From Ophelia neglecta (taxonomy: Eukaryota), in assembly GCA_965285935.1 (NCBI GenBank), contig OZ260661.1, positions 100,378,001 to 100,442,000 of the forward strand: 64,000 nucleotides of DNA, given 5' to 3'. This document shows, piece by piece, positions 1 to 11,968 of the stretch. The number at the start of each line of letters is the position of its first letter. The first letter of the stretch is position 1. A model generated the notes under the pieces. It made no database searches, was not told the origin of the DNA, and worked only from the letters and a program-made list of their open reading frames with translations. Both the position numbers and the translations under genes were made by a program.

Positions 1-224
1 GTGTAACAATTTAGCAACAGTACACATAATCAACAAAGGGAGATCTAGATGTCCGAAAATTATGAAATTAATGCGCACTTAAACGTGGACAGCAGCAAAA
101 ACTGCTTTCATTTCCGGTCAGAACATTTGCCCGGCCGTACAAACATTATATCTGATGCTCTGAGTCGTTTTCAGATGGACCTATTCCGGGCAGCTGCACC
201 CCTGGCAGAAGAGAAACCCACTAT

Positions 225-1055
225 GTGCCCGGAGAACTCAGTAGTAATGTGGAGCTGAATATCGCCCTAAAAAACTTATGGAATGCTGCACTGAGTAAAA
301 ACACCACTAGAGCTTATGAAACAGGCATAAGAACTTTTTATAAATTTCTTCTGTTATCAGGAGTGCCTAATGACACAGGATTTCCACCAGTAATTTCAGA
401 AGAAATCCTACTATATTTTTATAGCACATTGCTACACAAAATGCAATTGAGATATTCAACTATTAAATTATACTTGTGTGGGATCAGATTTCACTATATT
501 CGTGCTGGCATTAGTTCACCTTTAGTTTGTGAAAATGGACTTAATTCGGCTCGATTGACTACTTTCCTTAAGGCTGTTAAGCGATCACAATCACACGAGA
601 CGAGACCTCGCTTCCCAATCACTGCTCGGATTTTAACCGACATGTGTATGTTGTTAATGTCAGGCAAATTTGGGGTCTACGTGGACAGCCTTGTGAAAGC
701 AGCCTGCACTTTAGCCTTTTTGGCTTCCTTCGTTGCGGTGAATTTACTGTCATGAGTGCAAACGATTTCGACCCCTCTTCTGGGTATGCCTGTCGGACAT
801 CTGTATGCATACAGATTGGATGGAATTAACCCTCCGCAGTTCTAAGACTGACCCTAAACATTGGGCCTTGATGATGATTCTTTTAATGGGCATTCATTCC
901 GGATAGGAGCTGCAAAGGCTGCCGGGGAAAAAAAAAAGACTTGAAAGCCATCTAATTCAAGTGTTAGGAAAATGGTCATCTGATTGTTACCAAAGATACA
1001 TTCGCACATCTCCTAGTACAATACGAGATGCACAACGCACTTTAAGCCAATTGTA
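225..1055 (+). pseudogene. Tyrosine recombinase (YR) of the Ngaro/DIRS element, frameshifted and internally deleted
   Basis: N-terminal domain ALSKNTTRAYETG..YSTIKLYLCGIRFHY; GFLRCGEF (catalytic R box, different frame); FNGHSFRIGAA at ~882-914; HLIQVLGKWSSDCYQRYIR at ~949-1005. The central catalytic segment is missing. Confidence 0.85.
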
Positions 1056-2123
1056 GTCTTAAACAATTACACAGATATTATTATAATCACCCTGTGAGGA
1101 ATTACTAGTGTGTTTAATCATGCACCAACACAGCCAGAATAATGCTGTTATAGAGAGTGAGGGCAGTCTACCCCTATGATCTCCTACCACAAATGCAGTG
1201 TTTTTGAAGGAATCTTTCTCTAGTTTTATCTACTCTAATACATCTTATAACCAAGTAAATTTTTAGTATAAGTTAATCATATATTCATAAACTTATGTAT
1301 GATCTTAATTATGCATGACTATTGATTTAGTATTATCTCAGGAAGGTACACCCATACTTATTCCTTGGGGTCTCCTAATTGTGTGCCCAACCATACATGC
1401 TGGCATCTTCATTCAGGGAACACTCAGCTATCCACACAATTGATATATGGGCGTCTTCATAATTGTACACTGTAAATTATTCACCTCCCCAAGGAATTAC
1501 TTTACTAACTCCTTGGCTGGATCTTATCAATTTAATAATTGATGGCTGAGCAGTCTCTTGATATGCCAACATGTATGTTATTTTAGTTTCAATAAACTTT
1601 GTATTATGTCTACAAATTGTTGTTTGTGTATAAATTGGGGTTTATGTATTTATAATATATAAACCAGGTTTATACACGGGCAGTAGGGCCAGTTACTTCC
1701 CCTTTGGCTTACTTTAAGTTATAACATCTTATTACTCTTTTCCCTCACTGGTTAAGAGGCTTATAGTTAACCTCTTGTTTTAATGACTACCAGCTCACAC
1801 CCCTTTGTTTATGATTGGTGCCAACATTCCTGGGGATTTAGTTACTATTAGATTCTACAGAGGGGCGTCACTCTGAGCTCTCTTTTGTCCAGTGCAGTCG
1901 AGTTATCCACCACCAACCCCTCCGCACACCTTCGTGAGAAAATACCAGAGACTGCTTGCCATTAGTTAGAATATTAAAGTGTCCTTTTTCTACTTTCACT
2001 GTATGATTACTAATGCCTACTCGTGTCTCCTCAAACAGCCCCTGCAGTGTCGCAGCCATACTGCTCAATGACAGCACTTGCCCTTGCAAGTGTCTCTGCT
2101 ATGCTGACCTGCAATCTGTAACC

Positions 2124-3412
2124 CCTGCGTTCCTGACGTTCAAAGGTGTTATCTGACCTAGGGCATGGCACCCGCGTTTTCAGGACGTTCAAAGGTGTTT
2201 TCTGCTCTGGGGCATAGCACCTGCGTTCCTGACGTTCAAGGGTGTTTTCTGCTCTGGGGCATGGCACCTGCGTTTTCAGGACGTTCAAAGGTGTTTTCTG
2301 CTATGGGGCATAGCACCTGCGTTCCTGACGTTCAAAGGTGTTTTCTGCTCTGGGGCATAGCACCTGCGTTTTCAGGACGTTCAAAGGTGTATTCTGCTAT
2401 GGGGCATAGCACCTGCGTTCCTGACGTTCAAAGGTGTTTTCTGCTCTGGGGCATAGCACCTGCGTTTTCAGGACGTTCAAAGGTGTTTTCTGCTATGGGG
2501 CATAGCACCGGCGTTCCTGACGTTCAAAGGTGTTTTCTGCTCTGGGGCATAGCACCTGCGTTTTCAGGACGTTCAAAGGTGTTTTCTGCTATGGGGCATA
2601 GCACCTGCGTTCCTGACGTTCAAAGGTGTTTTCTGCTCTGGGGCATAGCACCTGCGTTTTCAGGACGTTCAAAGGTGTTTTCTGCTCTAAGGCATAGCAC
2701 CTGCGTTCCTGACGTTCAAAGGTGTTTTCTGCTCTGGGGCATGGCACCTGCGTTTTCAGGACGTTCAAAGGTGTTTTCTGCTATGGGGCATAGCACCGGC
2801 GTTCCTGACGTTCAAAGGTGTTTTCTGCTCTGGGGCATAGCACCTGCGTTTTCAGGACGTTCAAAGGTGTTTTCTGCTATGGGGCATAGCACCTGCGTTC
2901 CTGACGTTCAAAGGTGTTTTCTGCTCTGGGGCATAGCACCTGCGTTTTCAGGACGTTCAAAGGTGTTTTCTGCTCTAAGGCATAGCACCTGCGTTCCTGA
3001 CGTTCAAAGGTGTTTTCTGCTCTGGGACATAGCACCTGCGTTTTCAGGACGTTTCAAAGGAGTTTTCTGCTATGGGGCATAGCACCTGCGTTCCTGACGT
3101 TCAAAGGTGTTTTCTGCTTTGGGGCATAGCACCTGCGTTTTCAGGACGTTCAAAGGTGTTTTCTGCTATGGGGCATAGCACCTGCGTTCCTGACGTTCAA
3201 AGGTGTTTTCTGCTCTGGGGCATAGCACCTGCGTTTTCAGGACGTTCAAAGGTGTTTTTCTGCTCTGGGGCATAGCACCTGCGTTTTCAGGACGTTCAAA
3301 GGTGTTTCCTGATCTAGAGCATAGCACCTGCGTTTTCAGGACGTTCAAAGGTGTTTTCTGCTCTGGGGCATAGCATCTGCGTTCCTGACGTTCAAAGGTG
3401 TTTTCTGCTCTG
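2124..3412. repeat. Tandem minisatellite of alternating 47-bp and 49-bp monomers (96-bp higher-order unit)
   Basis: gcacctgcgttcctgacgttcaaaggtgttttctgctctggggcata (47) alternates with gcacctgcgttttcaggacgttcaaaggtgttttctgctatggggcata (49). There are no unique spacers. Confidence 0.97.
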
Positions 3413-4365
3413 GTGCGGCGTCTTCATAATTGTACACTGTAAAATTATTCACCTCCCCAAGGAATTACTTTACTAACTCCTTGGCTGGATCTTATCAATT
3501 TAATAATTGATGGCTGAGCGGGCGTCTTCATAATTGTACACTGTAAATTATTCACCTCCCCAAGGAATTACTTTACTAACTCCTTGGCTGGATCTCCTTG
3601 GCTGGATCTTATCAATTTAATAATTGATGGCTGAGCAGTCTCTTGATATGCCGAACCCCTTACCTCAATTTAGCAATTTCGATATATCCATTATAATAGA
3701 CCATATTTTTGCTACGAACATATAAAAGTCTTGACACTCAGCTTGTGCATGCTCACTGATTTAAAAGGAAGCATATACAAACTTTCAACTTTTGCATGCC
3801 TTTTATTTCTCAAATTTCATGAGTAGGGTCTAAACCCCAAAAGTATAGGGCTTGTGAAAAATAAGTGCCTGTGAGACCCTAGGATGCTCTAAAAAGCAAA
3901 ATTAAAGGGCAGCAAAATTAGTGTCAAGACCGCGAATACTAAGTCTCTTGAGATGTAAGGGTTTTACAGTACGTAAGCAAATGTATGCAAAACCATGAGG
4001 AAAGTTCATCCAGATTATGCATAGGAAAAAGACAAGTAACTAGACTCTAGTCCTTCCTTGCTTTTAACGTGTCAGGGCTCATTGGGCCAGATGTTAATCT
4101 GAAGCAAAGAATGTCTAGTTAATAATATTTCACCAAATTTAAATTCTTCCAAGGTCTCGGGAATGAGGGCTAAGTCTTGGAAATGATAACATATTGTGAT
4201 ATTTGACATTCCTTGATCAAAATGTGCTGCTACAACATAGGACTTCAATCATTAGTGGATTTAAAGTTAACAGTGACACTGATTGCAACTTATTCTAATA
4301 GTCTATATGCAGTGTACAAAAATACATATCCTTATTATCTATATTTTCAAATCTGTACATTTCAG

Positions 4366-4470
4366 CTAAGTTATGTGAATCTAGAGGAACTAAGTGGTGC
4401 CAGCAGTCCCGCTGGAAATAATGAGAATGAACCAGCCAAGAAAGCGCGCAAGATATGTTCCTTGGTTTGA
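4366..4470 (+). CDS. Probable 3' terminal coding exon of an upstream gene: LSYVNLEELSGASSPAGNNENEPAKKARKICSLV* (NLS + CaaX)
   Basis: Pyrimidine-rich acceptor tttcag at 4360-4365, phase-0 open frame to TGA, C-terminal CSLV after PAKKARK, AT-rich 3'UTR with AATAAA at ~4773. Confidence 0.6.
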   Translation, partial: LSYVNLEELSGASSPAGNNENEPAKKARKICSLV

Positions 4471-5872
4471 AGAGGATTTTGGTCTCAATCCCAAATCATT
4501 TATATACATAAAGACTTTATGTTCTTAAAATTTATAGGTTAATCTAATGTGAATAGGAATTATTTGTAATCTACTATTTGATATATATATTTATATATAT
4601 CTTTGATTTATTGTTCATTGACTTTAATTTTATTATGCTTTTGTTTGCTTATTTTTGTTAATCATGTATTTGGTTTCTAAATATGGCACATATTTTTTAT
4701 CTGAAGGACTTAACTGACGGGTCATATTTATAGATTTGTTTCTCTATTTATTGGTATGCACATGTACAAAGAAATAAAAATTTGTATTCTTATTGATGGT
4801 TATTGTCAAATTTTGCTGTAATTGCAGTAGATTGAATCAGTTTACAATTTGTATATATCTTGTTATGTAGTTCAGGAAGATAAATATAAAAAAATACTTA
4901 AAATATTCACTTTTTGTTATTCTTTATTTAATAATAGGTACAAACATTCAAGGATAGGAATTTTGGCTACAACTGTACTTGTATTTCTTTTCCCTTTTAA
5001 TGTAAACTTCACTTCCCAACTTCCTTTTCGTCCCAACCCCATTGTTCGCTGACACAGATGCTTCATGTAAGCATGATAACAAAATGCAATGTTGTATTTT
5101 AATATCTGCCACACAGACTGACCACCAATAGGGGAAGAACTGATTTGATTTTCATGACCCTGAGGATCCAAATGTTGACAATCAGGGGAGCTTTTGTCGA
5201 AATCGGATGCTTTAAGCCATATCTTTTGAAATATTTGATGATATCATGTCAAATCAAAGCCAAATGAAGTATTGTATCCTCGAAATTTTTATTGTTATGC
5301 ATGGTTGACCTTGAAGTTCCAAGTTCTGCCACCAGAAGGAGCTTTATTGCCATAATACCCTTTGCAGTCGTGAGCGTATGCGTTCACCTCGTTTATACAT
5401 GTAAATGTTTTGCAGTTAATTTTATTCTGCCAAATTTGCAACCCAGCTTTAAATATAAAAATTAAGAATGAAATCTCTAAATGATGAATTCTCTATAACC
5501 CCCATTCAATATTACTAAAGGAAATAATTATGTAAGGGCAGCAAAATATAAGGGTTTTACAGTAATCTTAAATGCTATGAAATCCTAGTGTTTTCATATT
5601 GCTTCCAGAAAGCACAACTGACAGGTAGTAGCACCTGGTTTCCAACATTTCCCCTTTTATAATGAAAGAGCAAAAGTCTTAAAATACTTGACAGCTTCAA
5701 GTTTAGGTGTCTGCCTTTTAAAATAATTTGATCAAAAACTAAATTATAAAGACATATTAAAAAGTTCTCTTTTACTAGTCCAACATCCTTAAATTTAGGC
5801 CTTGCCTGTGACACACCTTTTATTACAATCTGTTACGTCTAATAAAAAATAAGCATGGAGTGGCATGTTTTC

Positions 5873-8800
5873 CTACTTTTTCTTCCCTTTGCCTTTTGAC
5901 TTTGCAAAAAAAGATGGGTCAATCTGTTCCTTTGTCAAGCCCTTTACAGAAAATAGTCTCTTGGCCCTCTCCTGTAAAGTTCCTCCACACTTCAATCCTC
6001 TAGCCATCAATTCACTTTTTAGTTGGTCTAATCCATATCTTTCAAGCTCTTCAGCTGACTGTATGCTGTCAAGGTCAAAGGGCAGATCTTCTGTATTCTG
6101 TGAAGGTAAAATGTCAGGAATTGTCAACATTTAGAACTCAAGAAATTGATGTTATGCAATTACAGATAAAGTAATAATATTCAAAACACATGTAGGTAAC
6201 ATGCAATAAAAGTACCTACATTTATAAGAATAATCTTATTAGCAGGCAAATATTTATGAAAGAAGGCATCTTATTTAACTGGTACATGAAAGTTAATAAA
6301 ACTTCTAGTATTCTTAATGTTAATTGTAAATAAACCATTGATGTTTAGTCACTCAAATTAGGATAGCACATTTTAGAATAAACAACAGATTGATAGTTCA
6401 TTGTTCTCCCTCATGAACACATCCGTAAACCAAACGCCTCTGTTAACCAAACACTTTTTCCGGTCCCAAATTTTGGTTCAGTGTTTGCCTCTGTTAACTA
6501 AACACTTTTGCTGGTCCCAAGGGTGTTCAATTAATCAATGTTTTACTGTAGTCATGAACATTTACCTTATTGGTCCCTAAGGCAACTTGATTGCTGGGGT
6601 TTTCTTGGCTGTCAGAATTTAGAGCAGCTCCTGATGAGCTCAAATAGTCTGCTGGTAGGTCTGTCTTATCATTAGCCAAATCCACCACGGCGGCCTGTTC
6701 ACAGACACTTGTAGGGGCTGCAGTGGCTAGTAATTCTTGAGTTGTATGGTCCTTTCCAGCTGCTGGCTGGTCCAGCTTTCTTTCTTTCTCAGTGTCTGTT
6801 GTTGAGGCTCGTTCCTCTGAACCTGATAGATGTGCTGAGGTGGATCCCATACCGGAGTCACTGTGTAGACCAGTGTCTGAGGTAGGCAGAGAGGAGACCC
6901 CTGGGTAGCCACTGGAGCCCCCTCCATCATCATCACCAGGCTCAGAATTAGAATCACTGCTGAAATCCACATCACTCAGGTCATCCACATCAACACCCAA
7001 CCTGAAAATTAATCAGTTTCTCTTTATATGACTTTACTATAGTAAGGGCATTGATAAAACTGGGACCATATTAATTAAAGGGTTCAGCCCAATTTTCTGT
7101 GTGGAGGTCATGTTTGCCAAGGCAACGCTACAAGAAGACACGATGAATCTGGAACAGGCCATTGTATCAAATTTTCTTCACCAGAAGAATTTTAGTTAAA
7201 GGATACAAGTAAGCAGCCAACACTTACCACTCACAAGCCTTCTTTATACTGTCTTTTGACACATTGCTATGGTCTGCTTTTCTTTTTCTGGTCGGCCCAC
7301 TTGAGCTAGACGCACTAGCCCCTGCTTTGTGTAAACCTATTTTTGCACAAATATGCAGACAATTGAAGAATAGATATAATAAAACTATAGAATCTAAAAG
7401 CAGCTTTTCTATTAACGATTTTCCTATAGTAAGGGCATTGACTAAACCAGTACCAAATGAATAAAAGGGTCCAGCCCAATTTTCTGTGTAGAGGTTAAAA
7501 CTTCATAATGCTTTTATCTCATTCACTGCACAGTAAATGGGGATGAAGTACCAATGCCATCATAATTACCTAAAGGGGATGATATGTAGGATTTAAGACA
7601 TTGTAAGATTTTGAGAGGCTGTTCTGTCCATTTCATGCATTAGAATGTCTGTCTGGCTGTATGGCCTTTTAAAGAAGGTCTGTCAGTGCCATCCATCTGA
7701 CATTGCCTCCAAAATTGCCCCAAATATCCAAGCTTACCTTCTGTATTTAATAAGTGGTTTGGATATATATTGGGAGATATATACCATGCATCATACATCA
7801 TAACAGCAGAAACTCGTCACATAAAGAAAAGCAAAAAAAAAAAATTCCCAAACTCGGTTTGGATACAGAAATCAAAAATCAATCTGCAACTGACGTCACT
7901 TCCTATGAGATTGGAAGTGGCTTCCCCAGTACTCTCGTAGTGCGTACATTGTAATGCTAACTAGTAGGGAAGGTATGTTCTTTGTCTATGAAACACATGA
8001 TAGGTTTCGTTTTTCTTTATTTCTCGCGGTGTGCAAGTTTAGGTTATTTCATTTCCCGTACTGGCATGAACACAATACTTCCATATTCAAACCTTACCGC
8101 GTTTTGTGACGTCAGAGGTCAAGTGCTGGTCACGACTGTGCTGCCTGCCTCCAGATTTCCCAGCCTGAACATCCCCGGTGCGTTGGTACTGCCGTATCAG
8201 TTTGTAAACTTTGGAGAGCGATATGAATAAATTTTCCGCGATATATTTAGGAGACTTTCCATGAATGTAAAATATATCACTCTCCACTGGAGATCTCTGC
8301 TCAAAGCCTTGACCATGACAAGATGACGACTGCGGCAGAATGGATCCCTTGCTTCAATTTAGCGCTGTTGTAATAACACGGGATTTCCCGCATCTATATA
8401 TAGGTAGGCACCCGTAAACAGGTCACAGTCTGTACCCGCCAATCTCATAGGAAGTGATGTCAGCTGCAAATTGATTTGTGATTTCTATATCCAAACCGCG
8501 TTTGGGATTTTTTTTTTTTTTTGCTTTTCTTTATGTGACGAGTTTCTGCTGTAAGGAAAGTGTCCTAAGTGTCGCTAATAAAGCATTCTCATTTATCTTT
8601 GCATTAAAGCATTCTTATTTTTAATGGCAATTTTGTGAACTAATTTGAATATTGGAAATGTTTTAGGATTATTTTCTGTATGAATTTGTATGCTGCACAA
8701 TTTGCATCTAGGAATCTTCATGAAAATCTATGTATATTAAAAAATAACAGGGCAGTGAAACAATTTGTCTGCCAAAACTATAAACATTAAAGATTGTAAA

Positions 8801-10868
8801 ATTAGAGATTTTACATTTATCACTATCAATGGAGAGTCAACTAAATGTGTTGTTTTTCTGATTAAACATTTCTATAAAATGAATGAAATAAAATGGTGAC
8901 AACATGCCTTCATTCAAAGCATCTTCCAATCCCTCTTGTACCTGTTGCTTTTGCTCATGATAACTTGGATCTTCAAATTTATGATTAGGTACCGCCAGCA
9001 GACGTTCCCTTCTTTCTTTCTTGCGCCTTTCTCGTTCTCTTTCTCTCTCTGCCTTTTTGGCAACCCATTCCCTAAGGCTGTAATAACATTACAAAAAACA
9101 AATGAGAAATGGATAAAATTTGTCTTTTGTTGGTTCTTTTCCTCTTCTACAGTTTTCAGTTTTCATACACAAACTCAATACCTACGTAAGGTACCTATGA
9201 TTATTTGTATCAATGCTGACTTACTTTTTTTCATTATTGACGTCCCTCATTCTTCTTCCACTTAGGTCTCGACAAGCATCCCTGTTTGTAGTTTTGTCAA
9301 TCTGAGCACCAATAGCACGTAACATAGATCCAAATCCTGCAAGACAATAGCATAATGATTCTGATTCAAGAGACTAGGATATCTTACTGTTTAATATATT
9401 ACTATCAGGATTAGAACAACATGCAAAATGTGGTTTTTCTGTGGGTTCAACAATTAAACCTTAAAAAAGGGTACAACCTCGTGCACTAAAATTTTTAACA
9501 TTTAAATATACTGTTACTATAAGTTCATAATCGCATACTGAATATAAAATCCAAAGTTCACCTCCTTTTCCTCCAGGTAGCCTTTCAATAACATGATATG
9601 TTGCCCCATCTTTGAGAAGTGCATTGTAGTCAACTTTCTTTGCATCACACAATATAAAGTAATCACTATGGTGCAGTTGTATGCCCTGGAAAAAAAAAAC
9701 ATGCTTATTCATACTGTAAAATGCATAACTGGGATACAAAACAGCTACTTTGTTAATTCTGCTTGACACTGCAAAATAAAAAAAATTCTTCACTTATCAT
9801 GGAAACAGCAGTTTTTAAAAGACCTCCTAGTATTTGAATTTTTATCTAAAATTGGTTCAGGGATGAGAATGGGAAACTTTAAAAGGCTGAAAATAAGTAA
9901 ATTGAAGACGATATGTAGCCAGGGGCGTGCCGGAGGGGGGGGGGTTCGAAGGGGGACAAAAAACTCGGAAATCCACGAATCCGCGGAAAATTCAAACGCC
10001 TGTATACAGGCTGAAATAAAGCCTGTTGGTTACAGGCTGAAATAAACACTGTGTGTGACACAAAAAATGTGGTTGATGGGCACCTGGATGGATTCTCTTA
10101 AATCAAGATGACTTGATGAAACATACAGATTTTACAGTACCATATTGCATTTTACAATGGGAGTCGTTTTTGGTCGATCTTGGTGTAAGTACAGAAGAAC
10201 CTTGATGGTAATTATTATTGGGTTACCCAGCCCAGTGTTTGGATTGTAAGAAGGACTTACAAAGGAAGGCAGTTTTGATTTCCATAACAGGTGGCAGGTG
10301 GGATAATTTGCTAAAAAATGGCACCAGACTGTTTTTACTTGATGAGCACACTGAGAAATCAGCATTTTTATTAGAATGGCCATTGCCTTGGGAAATCAGT
10401 CCATTTACAAACCTTTATAAACACTTACAGATTGCAGCGGCAGCCAGCAGATATTGGTGTGTGCCACAGGTACTCTTTACTGAGGCCCTGGGGGTGAGGG
10501 AGGGAGTAGTTGACAGGTGAGCCCTCTTTGCTATAGTAGCAGGCATGACCCCCCCCCCTCACGAACTCGGTAACAAGTACCTGTGGTGAGTGCACTGAAG
10601 CGTGGTCAGGCAGTGGAGTCTGGTATGCAGTGAAGCGTGACAGCTTAATTTAAGATAACACAGCAACCAACAAGCAACTATGACTAAGGGATCAGGGCAG
10701 ACAAGTAGAGGGACAGGACAGCAGCGATCTAGCCCCAGCGAATAAAATTTATTTTTGCGAACCTACCTTGGAGAAAAGCCGCTCGTCTATAGTTGTCAAT
10801 GCATTGGAATTATGTTCGGCTACGCAGAAAAAAGCGTTAGAACCATGTTTTATAAAGTAACTAGCCAT
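5873..10868 (-). CDS. SDE2: SDE2 (replication stress response / splicing regulator), 7 exons, 425 aa
   Basis: Exons 10767-10868, 9562-9685, 9225-9336, 8908-9077, 7228-7336, 6566-7001 and 5873-6097 join in frame (1278 nt). Hallmark [36 protein letters not shown] (UBL diGly cleavage site plus Sde2 domain) and C-terminal SAP domain [24 protein letters not shown]. Confidence 0.95.
6405..6550. mobile_element. Tigger/pogo-like MITE fragment in the last SDE2 intron
   Basis: Internal repeats (cctctgttaaccaaacacttt x2, ggtcccaa x2) and terminal ...ttttactg-TA. Similar ...ggttttacagta ends occur at ~3960 and ~5555. Confidence 0.5.
7804..8551 (-). mobile_element. Non-autonomous Tc1/IS630-like DNA transposon with ~110-bp TIRs in SDE2 intron 4
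   Basis: TIRs at 7804-7914 and 8439-8551 (cagcagaaactcgtcacataaagaaaagc...), flanked by TAA on both sides. Internal ORF 8087..8287(-) [34 protein letters not shown] resembles the N-terminal HTH of Tc1-type transposases. Confidence 0.85.
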
Positions 10869-11968
10869 TATCAGATAAACCTGTTAAAATAAGTCCAAAC
10901 GAACTTAAATCGTTCATACAGGAACTAAAACCTTCCTACATGACTAAAAGCCGTACCAAGTCTCACTGAAACCGCAAAACTGGAGGGATTCGTCAGATAC
11001 TCAAGGGGCGTGGGGGGGGGGGGGAGGGGGGGCTCACTATACCCTGGTTAATACATATAGATCTATGTGTCGCGGTATTGACCCCGCTTTTTCGTCATTT
11101 GATGTAGAGTTCTGACCCCTACCTTTTGTTATAATACATTATATAGTGTAAAAATTGGGAAAAGAGTAGTGCTTTAGCATTCTTTTCCTCTACATCCAGT
11201 GAGATGGGTTATAGTTTTGACCCCAAAAATTAGCATCAATGGAGAGTTTTCACCCCATCATCAGTGATAATGCAGAGTTTTGACTCCCTAATTTGACCCT
11301 CATTGTAGAGCTCGCCTCTTCATTACAAGTTTACTGGGTACACGTGTAGATGTACCCTTTTCAAAGCAAGTTCCCCCCTTCGGACATTCTCTATTTGGCG
11401 CGAAAAAATCATGGCTCATTTGCCACATCGAACATAGTTAGTATCAATTGAAGTATTTACCGTGGCAAGTGACTGAACCGATGGTCCATCTCTCCGCATC
11501 CCGTGATTTTTTCAGCTAAAAATCAAATTAAACCTGTTGGTATTTAGCAGATATCATTTTTACTAGGCCTATAGATTTCAGGTTATCTGACACATCAATA
11601 TATTTTCACTTTCTGTAACCTGATAATAAATAAGTAAGAGTTCACAAGGGAAGAAAGGAAAAAAAAGTAATCATGTCAATTTCGAAATTTTCACTTAATG
11701 ATTTTAGCTCATAATATTAGTACAATTATTGTACCGATAACGCTGAAATTGTGGTTAACGGAGTACGGAAAATTTAACACCTTGTACGGTGCTTACACCA
11801 AGGCAAAGGGCTAAAAACTTCCTGTGACAGGTTGCGGGATTGTACGTGTACATAGGGGAGAGAAAACTGGAAATTTCTGCTAAATATTGGACAGAAACAT
11901 GTTTATATAGACAGAAAGAAATGTCAGTCGGATGCTCCTTAAGACTTTAGTTAACTGCTGCTAGCATC
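10869..11968. promoter_or_regulatory. Candidate bidirectional promoter region, SDE2/AUP1
   Basis: Divergent ATGs 1.1 kb apart; locally CpG-richer; contains a G/C-tract-bounded MITE-like insert at ~11010-11380. Confidence 0.55.

Larger units (their letters stand above)
1..3652 (+). mobile_element. Degenerate Ngaro/DIRS-type tyrosine-recombinase retrotransposon (3' part; continues upstream of the window)
   Basis: RNase H C-terminus (EHLPGRTNIISDALSRFQ, ORF 49..258) overlaps a frameshifted tyrosine recombinase. A ~119-bp segment at 1449-1567 recurs at 3417-3519 and 3520-3652, consistent with split direct repeats. Confidence 0.85.

Noticed and set aside
2165-3348. 305-aa and neighbouring repeat ORFs; possible CRISPR array
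   Set aside because: Read-through of a 96-bp satellite unit (32-aa period). There are no unique spacers, no cas genes, and the context is eukaryotic.
5865-6134. Plus-strand 89-aa ORF, and similar antisense ORFs over HELQ, AUP1 and ABRAXAS exons
   Set aside because: Shadow frames of real exons on the opposite strand.
10132-10740. 100-aa ORF and Cys-containing stretch in SDE2 intron 1
   Set aside because: No recognisable intact domain or splice support; probably a decayed repeat fragment.
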